NCBI GenBank assembly: GCA_045656225.1
Contig: JAZOQU010000001.1
Span: 19,466 to 83,465 of the forward strand
DNA length: 64,000 bases
Reading direction: 5' to 3'
DNA from: Kiritimatiellia bacterium
Lineage (GTDB): Bacteria; Verrucomicrobiota; Kiritimatiellia; RFP12; UBA1067
In this document: positions 28,120-37,632 of the stretch, one piece after another
Numbering within the stretch: the stretch's first letter is position 1
Layout: every line of letters starts with the position of its first letter
The notes under the pieces: generated by a model
Database searches by the model: none
What the model was told of the DNA's origin: nothing
What the model saw: only the letters and a program-made list of their open reading frames with translations
Program-made: the position numbers and the translations under genes

Positions 28120-29811
28120 ATGCGTCGCGAGAAATTCGTCTCGTTACTCGCCTTCACTGCCATTTTCGCGGTGTTGGCGAGTTTCGTTTTTTGGGGAACA
28201 TGGGGCTTAGGTGTTGTGCCAATTATGCCTGATTGCCCAACATCGTTTTCCGTTGATTACGCCGGCGACTTCTGTCGCAATTGGCTATTGAACGGTAAGT
28301 TCGTACCGGGCGATATGATAGCCTTTATCGGCGATCCGTATTTCTGGGTTGAACTTAAATATGTGCTGGCTCTTTTCTTCGCCGCCTTTGCGCTTTCGTA
28401 TTTTTTAATTGGGCGGGGCTTGAGCCGTTTTGCGGCGTATTCGGCTGGACTCTTTCTCGCTTTCAGCGGTTATTGGTGCACTCTTTTTTCGGCCGGACAT
28501 CTCGGTTGGTTTCAATGGATGACGTATGGGGTTTTCGCATTCGGGCTTATTGATCGAATGCTTGAGAAAGGTAAATTGCGTCATTCGGTGATGCTGGGAG
28601 CTGTCGTTGCATGGGGTAGTTTCTATCAAGCCGATTTATGGCTTATTTTTACTTTATTTACATCTTTTTATTTTATATTCCGCTCAATTATGGTACGCCC
28701 GGGGTGGAAGGCGTGGTCGCTACGCTCTCTTGTGGCGCTTGTTGTTTTTGTCGTGATCGGACTTCCGAGTTTCCGCAGCGCTCTTTACTCCGATCTTGCG
28801 GGACGCGATAAACAGATTGAAGAAGGTCAGACATTGACCGAAGATCCTCTCAATCCCGAAGAGAAGCGTTGGCGTTTTGTTACAAATTGGTCGATGCCGC
28901 TTGAAGATACGGCGGAATTTTTCTTTGCCGGAGTTCACGGAGATACAAGCTGCCCTATGACTTTGGCGATAGCAAAATCTCGCGGGATGGACGTAAAGGC
29001 GTATAAAGGGCGTCTCGGCAGGCCTTTAATGTCCAACGGCAAAGAGGCTCCGAGCGGGAATTACCGGCAGCATTCATTGTATGTCGGATGGGTGACTGGT
29101 ATTTTCGCGCTTATGGGTATTATCTCAATGTTTTTCAAAGGCGATTCAGACGAGAAAAAGGTTTTCGACAAAAGGGTTACCATCACGTTCTTTTTAATAG
29201 CGGCGATTGTTTTCTGGGTTTTCTCGATGGGGCGCTATGTTGAAGGGGTTTACAGGTGCGTATTCGCGCTTCCTTTCGGCGATTATCTGAGAGCTCCTGT
29301 AAAATGGCATCATCTAACAGAATTTTGCATTGTGGTTCTTGCAGCGTTTGGAGTTGGTTTTGCATGGTCATTGGTATCGCGTTATGGCGTATACGCCCGA
29401 ATGGCTCTTATTGCGATAGTGGTTTACGGCGCATGTGATTTGGCGGCAGAAGCCAAGAAATATTGTGCTCCTCATACTGCAGATACCAATGTTGGACCAT
29501 TGCCTCAACCCATACCGGTTTCTAATTTCGAACGCGAAGCGTTTTTAAAAGAAGTTCGCAGATATGGTCTCAAACCGATTGCGACGATGGATTCGCCGTT
29601 CCAGATGCGTGACGGTTCGGTAAAAAAAATGGAGGTTCTTGTCGTAGAGCAGAAATCTGACCGTCCTCGTCCCTTAAAGCGCGATTATGACAATGAATTG
29701 AAGGGACTGCCGTTCATAATCTCCGTAGCTTCGATGATTGCAACGATTGTTTTACTTTTGTATTTAATCGCTTCAATATTTATAAGGCGTGTTGATCGTA
29801 TAAAGATATAA
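28120..29811 (+). CDS. polytopic membrane protein, function unknown (possibly GT-C/YfhO-like)
   Basis: About 10 or more hydrophobic segments with one large loop. The family guess is weak and unverified. Confidence 0.55.
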   Translation: MRREKFVSLLAFTAIFAVLASFVFWGTWGLGVVPIMPDCPTSFSVDYAGDFCRNWLLNGKFVPGDMIAFIGDPYFWVELKYVLALFFAAFALSYFLIGRGLSRFAAYSAGLFLAFSGYWCTLFSAGHLGWFQWMTYGVFAFGLIDRMLEKGKLRHSVMLGAVVAWGSFYQADLWLIFTLFTSFYFIFRSIMVRPGWKAWSLRSLVALVVFVVIGLPSFRSALYSDLAGRDKQIEEGQTLTEDPLNPEEKRWRFVTNWSMPLEDTAEFFFAGVHGDTSCPMTLAIAKSRGMDVKAYKGRLGRPLMSNGKEAPSGNYRQHSLYVGWVTGIFALMGIISMFFKGDSDEKKVFDKRVTITFFLIAAIVFWVFSMGRYVEGVYRCVFALPFGDYLRAPVKWHHLTEFCIVVLAAFGVGFAWSLVSRYGVYARMALIAIVVYGACDLAAEAKKYCAPHTADTNVGPLPQPIPVSNFEREAFLKEVRRYGLKPIATMDSPFQMRDGSVKKMEVLVVEQKSDRPRPLKRDYDNELKGLPFIISVASMIATIVLLLYLIASIFIRRVDRIKI

Positions 29812-29832
29812 AATCCATCTTTGGTTATAGGT

Positions 29833-30675
29833 ATGAGTTGCAATAATGACAGATTGTTTTTGGAAATCGACAGCTGGCAGAGCGAAACGGATTTGGTTTC
29901 AGCCGAGACATACCGAGATTATATGCGCGATGGTGATACGCGCTCGCTCGCGTCTTTAGAGAAATTGGAACGAGCATTCGAGCGAGTTCTAAACGAGATT
30001 CATTCAACTAAGGTCACTGATACTCCCGCGGTGTGGAGCCTTTATAACATGGGATATCTCGTAAAGACGCGCGAATCGTTCTTTTCGATTGATCTTATTC
30101 ACCGCCGCGCGATGGAACTTGTTGATAAGCTTGATTTTGCGCTCATAACCCACAACCACGGCGATCATTGCGATCTTAATGTTTATCAGGCTCTTAATTC
30201 AGCGGGTAAGACCGTGATTTCGAGTTTTCTCGACAATTACGGTGCGACGCGTGATAAGACTAAGAATTCCGCAGGCGGCGGATTTGTTATGGGCGAGAAG
30301 ATTTTCAGGATAAAAGATGTAGAGATTTCAACGTCTTTAGTCGACCACAATAAGTATCTGCTCGACTTTACGACCGCATTTGAAATCCGCGCCGGAAAGT
30401 GGAAACTTTATCATACGGGCGACTGTGGAGTCGCCGATAAGCTTAAAACGCGCTGGGGTAGGCCCGATGTCTGGATGTTTTTCCCTGGGTGCGGAATTAA
30501 GGTTGATAAGGCGGTTAAAATGATACAGCCTAAAAAGTTGGTCTTTGGTCACTTGTGGGAGCTGAATCACAATACCGGCAGATTAAACGCGCCGCTTATT
30601 AAGCGTGCTGTTAAAAAATCCCAAAGCGTCGACGTAATGCCTCATGTCGCATTTTGGGGTGAGCGGATTTTTTGA
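29833..30675 (+). CDS. MBL-fold metallo-hydrolase
   Basis: HxHxDH motif (ITHNHGDHCD) with later His/Asp ligands (YHTGDCG, FGHLWE). I prefer the ATG at 29833 over the listed non-ATG start at 29821. Confidence 0.7.
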   Translation: MSCNNDRLFLEIDSWQSETDLVSAETYRDYMRDGDTRSLASLEKLERAFERVLNEIHSTKVTDTPAVWSLYNMGYLVKTRESFFSIDLIHRRAMELVDKLDFALITHNHGDHCDLNVYQALNSAGKTVISSFLDNYGATRDKTKNSAGGGFVMGEKIFRIKDVEISTSLVDHNKYLLDFTTAFEIRAGKWKLYHTGDCGVADKLKTRWGRPDVWMFFPGCGIKVDKAVKMIQPKKLVFGHLWELNHNTGRLNAPLIKRAVKKSQSVDVMPHVAFWGERIF

Positions 30676-30698
30676 TTTCAATAAAGCGAAGTTTTTTT

Positions 30699-30935
30699 AT
30701 GAATGATGTGATATTTGCGGCAGAAGATAGGAAGGAAGCTTTTTTTCGACTTGCCGCCGAAATTTTTGAAGTTGAACGGGCGGCTTTAACGGAGAATTCG
30801 TGTTACGGCGATATTCCAAGCTGGGACAGCGTTAATCATTTGAGGCTCGTTATGGAGACGGAAAGACGTTTCGGCGTTTCGTATCCGCTTGAAAAAATAC
30901 CTTCAATGAGAACTTTATCTGATTTTTTGATATAA
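30699..30935 (+). CDS. acyl/peptidyl carrier protein-like (phosphopantetheine attachment motif)
   Basis: The carrier-protein core is IPSWDSVNHLRLVMETERRFGV, with the Ser in the DS motif. I prefer the ATG at 30699 (MNDVIFAAEDRK). Confidence 0.6.
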   Translation: MNDVIFAAEDRKEAFFRLAAEIFEVERAALTENSCYGDIPSWDSVNHLRLVMETERRFGVSYPLEKIPSMRTLSDFLI

Positions 30936-30936
30936 T
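30928..30936 (+). promoter_or_regulatory. extended -10 promoter (TGaTATAAT) overlapping the ACP stop codon
   Basis: The motif match is exact and lies 28 nt upstream of the metY ATG. Confidence 0.4.
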
Positions 30937-30964
30937 ATACGAGTATTTTTAAGAAAGGGCAGAG

Positions 30965-32242
30965 ATGAAAATAGATACTTTGTGTGTACAGGGCGGTTGG
31001 TCGCCCAAGTGCGGCGAGCCGCGCCAGGTTCCGATTTATTCCTCCACCACATTCAAGTACGATACGACGCAGCACATGGCCGATCTTTTCGACCTTAAGG
31101 CGTCGGGCTATTTTTATACGCGTTTGGCGAATCCCACCAACGATGAGGTGGCTAAAAAAATCGCCGCGCTTGAGGGCGGTGTCGCCGCGATTCTCACGAG
31201 TTCAGGCCAGGCGGCGTCGACGTTCGCGATTTTAAATCTCTGCGGCGCGGGAGACCATGTCGTATGTTCCGCCCAGATCTACGGCGGAACTTTCAACCTC
31301 TTTGCCGTTTCTCTCAAGAAGCTCGGTATCGAATTCACGTTCGTCGATCCCGATTCCGACGCGAAGACGATTCAGGCGGCGTTCCGTCCTAATACGAAAT
31401 GCGTTTTCGGCGAGACCGTCGCAAATCCTTCCGGCTGCGTTCTCGACATCGCGAAGTTCGCCAAGATCGCCCACAAAAACGGAGTTCCGCTCATTATCGA
31501 CAATACGTTCCCGACGCCGATTCTCTGCCGTCCGTTCGAGTTCGGGTGCGATATCGTTACCCACGCCACGACAAAATACATGGACGGCCATTCATCGCAG
31601 GTCGGCGGATGTATCGTCGACTCTGGTAATTTCGACTGGGAGGCCCACGCCGATAAATTCCCGGGTCTCGTCGAGCCCGATGAATCGTACCACGGTTTGA
31701 GCTACACCAAGGCTTTCGGAAAGTTGGCGTACATCACGAAGTGCACCGCCCATCTTATGCGCGACTTCGGCGCGATCCCTTCGCCTTTCAACGCGTTTCT
31801 CGTGAACCTCGGTCTTGAGTCGCTTCATCTGCGCATCCGCCGCCATGCGGAGTCGGCGCTTAAGATCGCGAAGTGGCTTAAGAAGCAGCCGAAGGTAGCG
31901 TGGGTAAACTTCGCGGGGCTGCCCGATTCGAAGTATCATAAGCTCGTGAAAAAGCAGTTCAGCGGCAATTCGCCATGCGGTGTCATGACATTCGGCATCC
32001 GCGGCGGAAGAAAGGCGTCCATCAGATTCATGGATTCTTTGAAGCTCATCGGCATCGTAACACACGTCGCCGACGCATGGAGCTGCGTTCTTCACCCGGC
32101 TTCGCATACTCATCGCCAGCTGACGGACAAGCAGCTTAAGGAAGCGGGGATTCCGCCGGATCTGATTCGTCTTTCGGTCGGGCTCGAAGACCCCGGCGAT
32201 CTTATCGCCGATCTTGAACAGGCCATAGAGAAGGTCAGGTAA
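30965..32242 (+). CDS. metY: O-acetylhomoserine sulfhydrylase / aminocarboxypropyltransferase (PLP-dependent)
   Basis: Cys/Met-metabolism PLP family motifs are present (YTRLANPT, ATTKYMDGHS with the PLP Lys, LSVGLEDPGDLIADL). Length is 425 aa. Confidence 0.85.
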   Translation: MKIDTLCVQGGWSPKCGEPRQVPIYSSTTFKYDTTQHMADLFDLKASGYFYTRLANPTNDEVAKKIAALEGGVAAILTSSGQAASTFAILNLCGAGDHVVCSAQIYGGTFNLFAVSLKKLGIEFTFVDPDSDAKTIQAAFRPNTKCVFGETVANPSGCVLDIAKFAKIAHKNGVPLIIDNTFPTPILCRPFEFGCDIVTHATTKYMDGHSSQVGGCIVDSGNFDWEAHADKFPGLVEPDESYHGLSYTKAFGKLAYITKCTAHLMRDFGAIPSPFNAFLVNLGLESLHLRIRRHAESALKIAKWLKKQPKVAWVNFAGLPDSKYHKLVKKQFSGNSPCGVMTFGIRGGRKASIRFMDSLKLIGIVTHVADAWSCVLHPASHTHRQLTDKQLKEAGIPPDLIRLSVGLEDPGDLIADLEQAIEKVR

Positions 32243-32274
32243 TGTTTTAATCTCAAGACTTAAGGAGTTTAGAA

Positions 32275-35200
32275 ATGGAAGAAATTAAATTAAAGCGCAA
32301 ATCGCCGCGTCTGGTCGATTGGACAGTTTCGCTCGCCGTTGCATCCGTTGCATTTCTGGTGTATGCGTTATTGAGTGTTGATTGCGTGCCTGCGGGTATG
32401 GACAGCAAGGTTGTCGTTTCATGGCTTGGTCTTGATGTTCAGGCGCATAATCCGTTCGTCCTCTGCGGATTCTTCGCCAGGATGTTTTCCGTTTCCGGCT
32501 TTTTTAATGTATTTGTCGGTGTGATGGCGACGCTTTGCGTTTTTCATCTGGTTAATACATATCTTCGTCAGACGTTCGGTGCCTTTTTCTCCGATTCCCA
32601 GAAACTGCTTACTTCAAGAATCGGCGCTGTCGCCGCTTCACTTGTTTTTGTTTTCACTTCCTCCGTGCTTGATTCGGCAACACATTCCGGCCCTGCGCTT
32701 TTCGATACGTTCTGGGCGATGCTTGCAATAGCCGTTTTCATTTTGTACTCAAGAGTATCGAGGTGGGTTGCGTGGGTCGTACCTTTTGCATCGGGAGCGT
32801 TGATAGCTTTCGGCATTGTCGATACGATAGCGTTCTTCTTCCTCATTCCTTTTTGCGGAACCCTCGCATGGATGATTGCGTCGAGAAACGGAAGAATGGG
32901 CTATGTGGCTTCCGGATTTTTCATTCTCGGATTCCTTCTTTCACTTCCTTTTGTTTTTGCGGCCGTTGGGGATTTTAATGCTTTCGTGGAAGCTCAGAAA
33001 CTATTCTTCAAAGAGGAATATTTCAACAGAGGGTGGTTTTATGCGCTGCTTTTTGCCGTTGTTCCGTTCATGATTTCCCTTTTCTCGAGCAGATCTGTTT
33101 TCTCCTCCGAAAAAGCCAGAGAAATTGTTGTTATTGTGTTTCATTTCATAATGTCCGCGATTGCCGTCATAGCGATCGCCGAAGAATCGATGCTCGGCAC
33201 TTCAGGATATCAGCCGGCGTGTATCGCGGCGATGATTGCGGTTATGACGGGGTATCTCATCTCGTATTGGTGGTGTCTTATCGTTGATTCCTTTCCGGTT
33301 CGCTCCGGCAAGCATGATTTATCCGCGCCATCCCGCTCGATGCGCCCGGTCGGATTGATCGGCGGAATCGGACTTTCGCTTGTATTGGTTCTGCTCCTTG
33401 CGATCAACTTGTTCATTAACACCGATCGCGAGAACGTGAGAATTCTGGACGAGATTTCCGGTCGCGTAGTCTCGTCTATGGGCGAGAAGACCTGGATCGT
33501 GACGGACGGCGTCATTGACGACGGTGTATTGATCGCCGCGCACCGCCAGGGGAAGAAGCTTCATCTCGTTTCATTGATTCGCGAAAACGATAAAGATTAT
33601 CTCAAAGCTCTTGCGCAGACCGTTTTGGCGGAGAAACTGGGCGGAGAGACGCTTTCGAAGGAATTGGCCGAACTTCTCGTTAAGGATGACGGCGTTCAGA
33701 GGCAGAGACTTCTTCCCTTTATCGAGCACTGGTTCAGAAACGATCCCGAAGCCGCATCGAAAGTCGTCGTTTGGGGCGCTCCTCATCTTTGGATGAACGT
33801 CGAAAAGGAGCCCTTGCCCGAGCTTTATTTCTTTACCTGCGATAGCGGAGGTAAGGAGCCCGGCGACTGGGTCGCCCATTGGTCTTCCATCAAGGATTTC
33901 CTGTCCGTTCCGGACGATTGGGGCAGTTACAGAATCGGGAACTTTAAAGATAAATCGAAAAAGGAAGTCGTCTCTGCCCGCGAGCGCAATTGCCGTAATA
34001 TCAGGCGTCATATCGGTCTGCTGGCCACAAATCAGGGCAATTACCACCATTTCAACGGATTGAAACTCCATGAAAGCGGCAAAAAGGCCGAAGCTGAGAT
34101 CGAGTTTAAAAAAGCATTCTCTCTGTATGAGCTGGTCTTGAGCGAAATCGACCCCGACAATCTCGCGGCTTTGATCAACGAGGAGCTTCTTGCGTCCAAA
34201 AACGGTCTGAAGAGTGCCGTTGATAAACATAAGGTGATTAAAAAAGCTCTCGAGGTCGTGTATAAAGACGTCAACCGCCGTTATGATCCCGTGCAGCTTT
34301 CACTTCTCTATGGAACGATCTGTGACCCGAGTTTCATGTTCAGCTACGGTCAGGCGCTCATTTCGCGTCGCGGCCAGTATGCTCACGGTGTCTTTCAGAT
34401 CCGCAGGGCGATTGATCTGATTCCTGCCGAGCAGAGAAGGATGGCGGAGTTGAATATTCTTGCGCATTATTTTTCAGAAGGTTCCGGCGCCCATAAGATG
34501 AAGGCGCGTAACATCTATCTTGATGAACTGAAGAGCGATCCGGGCAATAAACTGGCTCTCATCAGGCTGGCCAATCTTGAAGCGCTCGACGGGAACGTCG
34601 AAAAAGCCAAAGAATATCTTCAGCTTGCGCTGAAAGGTGTTGAAAACAATGTCAACTATGCCAAGCAGCAGGCCCAGTTGTGTCTTCTGAACGATGATCT
34701 GAGAGGTGCTGAAAGCGTGCTCAGGCGCGCGATCGACGCCTATCCCAAGGATATTCACGCCTGGGCGCTTTTGGTGCATGTTCTGATTCGCGATATTGAT
34801 AATATGGGCGATGTTAAGCCGGGCACGAAGCGCGCTCAGCGCAGGAATGAGCTTCTTAATGAGATTGAAACCGACCTTCTTCCGGTTATGGAAACTTTGA
34901 CCAGGGATGGCGCTGGAGTCGATAACGACATAGTCTACAGATCCGCCAAGGCGCTGTTCCTTATCCGAAAGGGAGGCGTTGATAACATTCGTAGCGCACG
35001 CGATTCCTTTGACGAGGTTTCGAAGACGCGTCGTGTCTCGAGCAGTACGGGCGATATGATTCTAAGTCTCGATATGCAGCTCAACGACAAAGTACACGCC
35101 GAGGATAAGGCCAAGAGTATTTTGGCGACTAATCCTTCCGATTCCATGGCCAATTACATCATGGGCTCCATTTCTCTGCATCGCGGCGAGAACGGAATTG

Positions 35201-35622
35201 CCGAGTCGTATCTCAGAAAAGCCGTAGAGGGGAATCGCGTAGTTCCTTTGGCGTTCAACGATCTTGCAGAGGTTCTTCGTCGTCGCAAAGCGTATGACGA
35301 AGCGGAGAAGGTGGCGCGCCAGGCTGTTGTCCACACTCCGAATCTTTACGTCGCATGGGAAACGCTCGGTTCGATTTTGATGGACGCGGGCAAATCGTTT
35401 GAAGAAGCCGAGAAGTATATTCAAAAGGCCTGTGATCTTTCAAAGGACGAACAGGGCGGAGCTGCCGACGTCAGAATGCTTATTTCTCTCGCCCGCGTCC
35501 AGATAAAGCGCGGTCAGATGCTTCGCGCCAAGGGGACGATGCGAGTGGTTCAGGGGAGAATGAAAGAGCTTACCGAGTACGAAAGAAAAGAGTTTGAGGA
35601 ATTGATGAGAAGTGTTAAGTAG
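32275..35622 (+). CDS. large membrane protein: N-terminal polytopic GT-C/DUF2723-like domain plus C-terminal TPR repeats
   Basis: An AAGGAG Shine-Dalgarno sequence is present. The first ~390 aa are polytopic with an early acidic loop (VPAGMDSKVVVSWLGLDVQAHNPF). The C-terminal ~600 aa hold multiple TPR-like units (e.g. AEKVARQAVVHTPNLYVAWETLGSILMDAGKSFEEAEKYIQKA). Confidence 0.65.
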   Translation: MEEIKLKRKSPRLVDWTVSLAVASVAFLVYALLSVDCVPAGMDSKVVVSWLGLDVQAHNPFVLCGFFARMFSVSGFFNVFVGVMATLCVFHLVNTYLRQTFGAFFSDSQKLLTSRIGAVAASLVFVFTSSVLDSATHSGPALFDTFWAMLAIAVFILYSRVSRWVAWVVPFASGALIAFGIVDTIAFFFLIPFCGTLAWMIASRNGRMGYVASGFFILGFLLSLPFVFAAVGDFNAFVEAQKLFFKEEYFNRGWFYALLFAVVPFMISLFSSRSVFSSEKAREIVVIVFHFIMSAIAVIAIAEESMLGTSGYQPACIAAMIAVMTGYLISYWWCLIVDSFPVRSGKHDLSAPSRSMRPVGLIGGIGLSLVLVLLLAINLFINTDRENVRILDEISGRVVSSMGEKTWIVTDGVIDDGVLIAAHRQGKKLHLVSLIRENDKDYLKALAQTVLAEKLGGETLSKELAELLVKDDGVQRQRLLPFIEHWFRNDPEAASKVVVWGAPHLWMNVEKEPLPELYFFTCDSGGKEPGDWVAHWSSIKDFLSVPDDWGSYRIGNFKDKSKKEVVSARERNCRNIRRHIGLLATNQGNYHHFNGLKLHESGKKAEAEIEFKKAFSLYELVLSEIDPDNLAALINEELLASKNGLKSAVDKHKVIKKALEVVYKDVNRRYDPVQLSLLYGTICDPSFMFSYGQALISRRGQYAHGVFQIRRAIDLIPAEQRRMAELNILAHYFSEGSGAHKMKARNIYLDELKSDPGNKLALIRLANLEALDGNVEKAKEYLQLALKGVENNVNYAKQQAQLCLLNDDLRGAESVLRRAIDAYPKDIHAWALLVHVLIRDIDNMGDVKPGTKRAQRRNELLNEIETDLLPVMETLTRDGAGVDNDIVYRSAKALFLIRKGGVDNIRSARDSFDEVSKTRRVSSSTGDMILSLDMQLNDKVHAEDKAKSILATNPSDSMANYIMGSISLHRGENGIAESYLRKAVEGNRVVPLAFNDLAEVLRRRKAYDEAEKVARQAVVHTPNLYVAWETLGSILMDAGKSFEEAEKYIQKACDLSKDEQGGAADVRMLISLARVQIKRGQMLRAKGTMRVVQGRMKELTEYERKEFEELMRSVK

Positions 35623-36721
35623 TCTTCTAATCGCAACCGCTTTTCAGATCGGGCCTTTTTATGAACAGAGGCCCGATTATTTCGCGTTGAGGCCGGTTGT
35701 TTCGCATGAGGCTGAAACGACAGACGTTCTGTGGCCTGTATTTACCTCGCACCGCGACTGGTGGAGATTCTGCTACATCGTCAATTATCAGAATTACGGT
35801 GTCGATGACGGGTATCAGTTTTCTGTTTTACCGATTTGGTTTAACGGCGAAGATAAAGAGAAGGGTGCGTACGTCGGGCTTTTCCCGATAACGGGTTATC
35901 ATCCCCATATTCTTATGCTCCATGACTGGGAGTTCGCGATGTGGCCGGTGTGGATGCGTTATAAAATGCCGCGCGGCCGCGATTGGCTTGAGACGAATTC
36001 CGTTCTCTTTCCGTTCATCAGCTGGCGCAGTGACGGAGCGTGGAGCGTTTGGCCGTTCTACGGCGTCAATTATCAGCGCGAGAGCGACCACCGCTACGCG
36101 TTTTGGCCGTTGGTGACATGGGCGTCATACCGTGCCGACCGCGATACCGCCGGAGCCGGATACTCATGGATGGTGTGGCCGCTGTACGGTAAGGTCAGGC
36201 GGGAGCGCGAAAGGCAGACGATGTATCTCCCTCCGTTCTTCTCATGGACGGAAATCATTACGGACGGTAAAGGCAGGCAAGGTGAGATGCGCAGCTTCCC
36301 GTTTGTCAGACTTCGCTGTCCTTGGCCATTCCTTGAATTAGAGGATATGCCTCGGCGTATTCGCATTTCCTTTTGGCCGTTTTACGAGTCTGTTGAAAAT
36401 TACAGTTACAAGGACGGTTCTCGCGTGAGCGGAGTAAAGAGATTCGGCTGGAAGCTTGTTGAAATATACGATGATGAGACGCGCGTTTTTCCGTTCTGGA
36501 CCTCGTCGGAAGATTTCACCCGCGTTTGGCCGTTTTGGGAGTGTGATGAAGACGGCGAGATAACGCATTCCAAAGTCCTTTCTCTTATGCCTATACGATG
36601 GGATCCTGCCGTAGAACGCAACTGGTCAAAATTCTGGACTTTATATGAGAATGAATCGTGTCCTGTTTATACGGATCATTCTCTTTTTTGGGGACTTATC
36701 CGCTGGAGGACGAACAAATGA
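35612..36721 (+). CDS. Trp/Pro-rich repeat protein (about 14 aromatic-Pro-aromatic motifs), function unknown
   Basis: The GTG start overlaps the upstream gene by 11 nt. Motifs of the type WPVF, WPFYG, WPLYG, FPFW and WPFWE recur every ~20-25 aa. Confidence 0.6.
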   Translation: MLSSLLIATAFQIGPFYEQRPDYFALRPVVSHEAETTDVLWPVFTSHRDWWRFCYIVNYQNYGVDDGYQFSVLPIWFNGEDKEKGAYVGLFPITGYHPHILMLHDWEFAMWPVWMRYKMPRGRDWLETNSVLFPFISWRSDGAWSVWPFYGVNYQRESDHRYAFWPLVTWASYRADRDTAGAGYSWMVWPLYGKVRRERERQTMYLPPFFSWTEIITDGKGRQGEMRSFPFVRLRCPWPFLELEDMPRRIRISFWPFYESVENYSYKDGSRVSGVKRFGWKLVEIYDDETRVFPFWTSSEDFTRVWPFWECDEDGEITHSKVLSLMPIRWDPAVERNWSKFWTLYENESCPVYTDHSLFWGLIRWRTNK

Positions 36722-37632
36722 CGCTCGAGCGGCTAAGAGTCTGGCTTAAAGCTTTAAGAGTCAACCAGTGGACTAAAAACGGCATCGTTTTTCTCGCCTG
36801 GTTCTTCGCGTTCGCCGACGACACTCAGGCAGCGATGGCGCGCGGGTACAGGCCGTTCCTTCTCGTTTCGGCGATGGCTGTTTCGTTCTCGCTGATATCG
36901 AGCGCGTTTTATCTTTTAAACGACATATCGGATTATGACGCCGACAGACTCCATCCCGTCAAGCGTCTCCGTCCGATTGCGGACGATCTGATTTCCAAGA
37001 TTGACGCGGTAAGAGCCGCGCTCGCGTTGTACGCGTGTTCGCTCGCGTTTCCTGCGTATCTCGTTTTTCGGCATCCCGACCGCACATGGGGCTTTGCGGT
37101 GATTTTGATTTATACGGTGATGCAAAGCCTTTATTCCGGTTTTCTGAAGCGTATTCCGTATGTCGACGTCGCCGTTATCGCCGCCGGGTTCGTGCTTCGC
37201 GCCGTCGCGGGAGCGGCGGCTATGGACGTAAGAATTTCACCGTGGCTGCTCGGGTGCGCGTTTTCGATTTCGATGTTTCTCGCGCTCTGCAAGCGCCGTC
37301 ATGAAAAGGCGATCGCTTGCGAATCGCGCGCAGCGCTTGCGAACTATCATCCGATTGTTCTCGACACTTTGATTTTCACTTCCGCATTTGCGACGCTCGG
37401 GGTTTATCTCTGGTATACGCTCGCCGCCGACACGGTCGCAAGATTCGGAACCCGCGCGCTTTCGCTAACGGCTCTCTTCGTCGCTTTAGGGATTATCCGA
37501 TATCTCTATCTCCTTTTCCGCAAAGAGGATGTCGGGCGGCCAGAGCGCATTCTTCTGACCGATAAGATCACATGGCTTGTTCTGTTAGGATACGGCGTCA
37601 GCGCAGTTCTCGCAGTCTGGAGCGGAAGATGA
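36718..37632 (+). CDS. UbiA-family polyprenyl-phosphate phosphoribosyltransferase (DPPR-synthase-like)
   Basis: An ATGA overlap joins it to the upstream stop. Family-typical motifs are present (LRVNQWTKN; YLLNDISDYDADRLHPVKRLRPIA) with about 8 TM segments. I reject the listed 36658 start. Confidence 0.8.
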   Translation: MTLERLRVWLKALRVNQWTKNGIVFLAWFFAFADDTQAAMARGYRPFLLVSAMAVSFSLISSAFYLLNDISDYDADRLHPVKRLRPIADDLISKIDAVRAALALYACSLAFPAYLVFRHPDRTWGFAVILIYTVMQSLYSGFLKRIPYVDVAVIAAGFVLRAVAGAAAMDVRISPWLLGCAFSISMFLALCKRRHEKAIACESRAALANYHPIVLDTLIFTSAFATLGVYLWYTLAADTVARFGTRALSLTALFVALGIIRYLYLLFRKEDVGRPERILLTDKITWLVLLGYGVSAVLAVWSGR

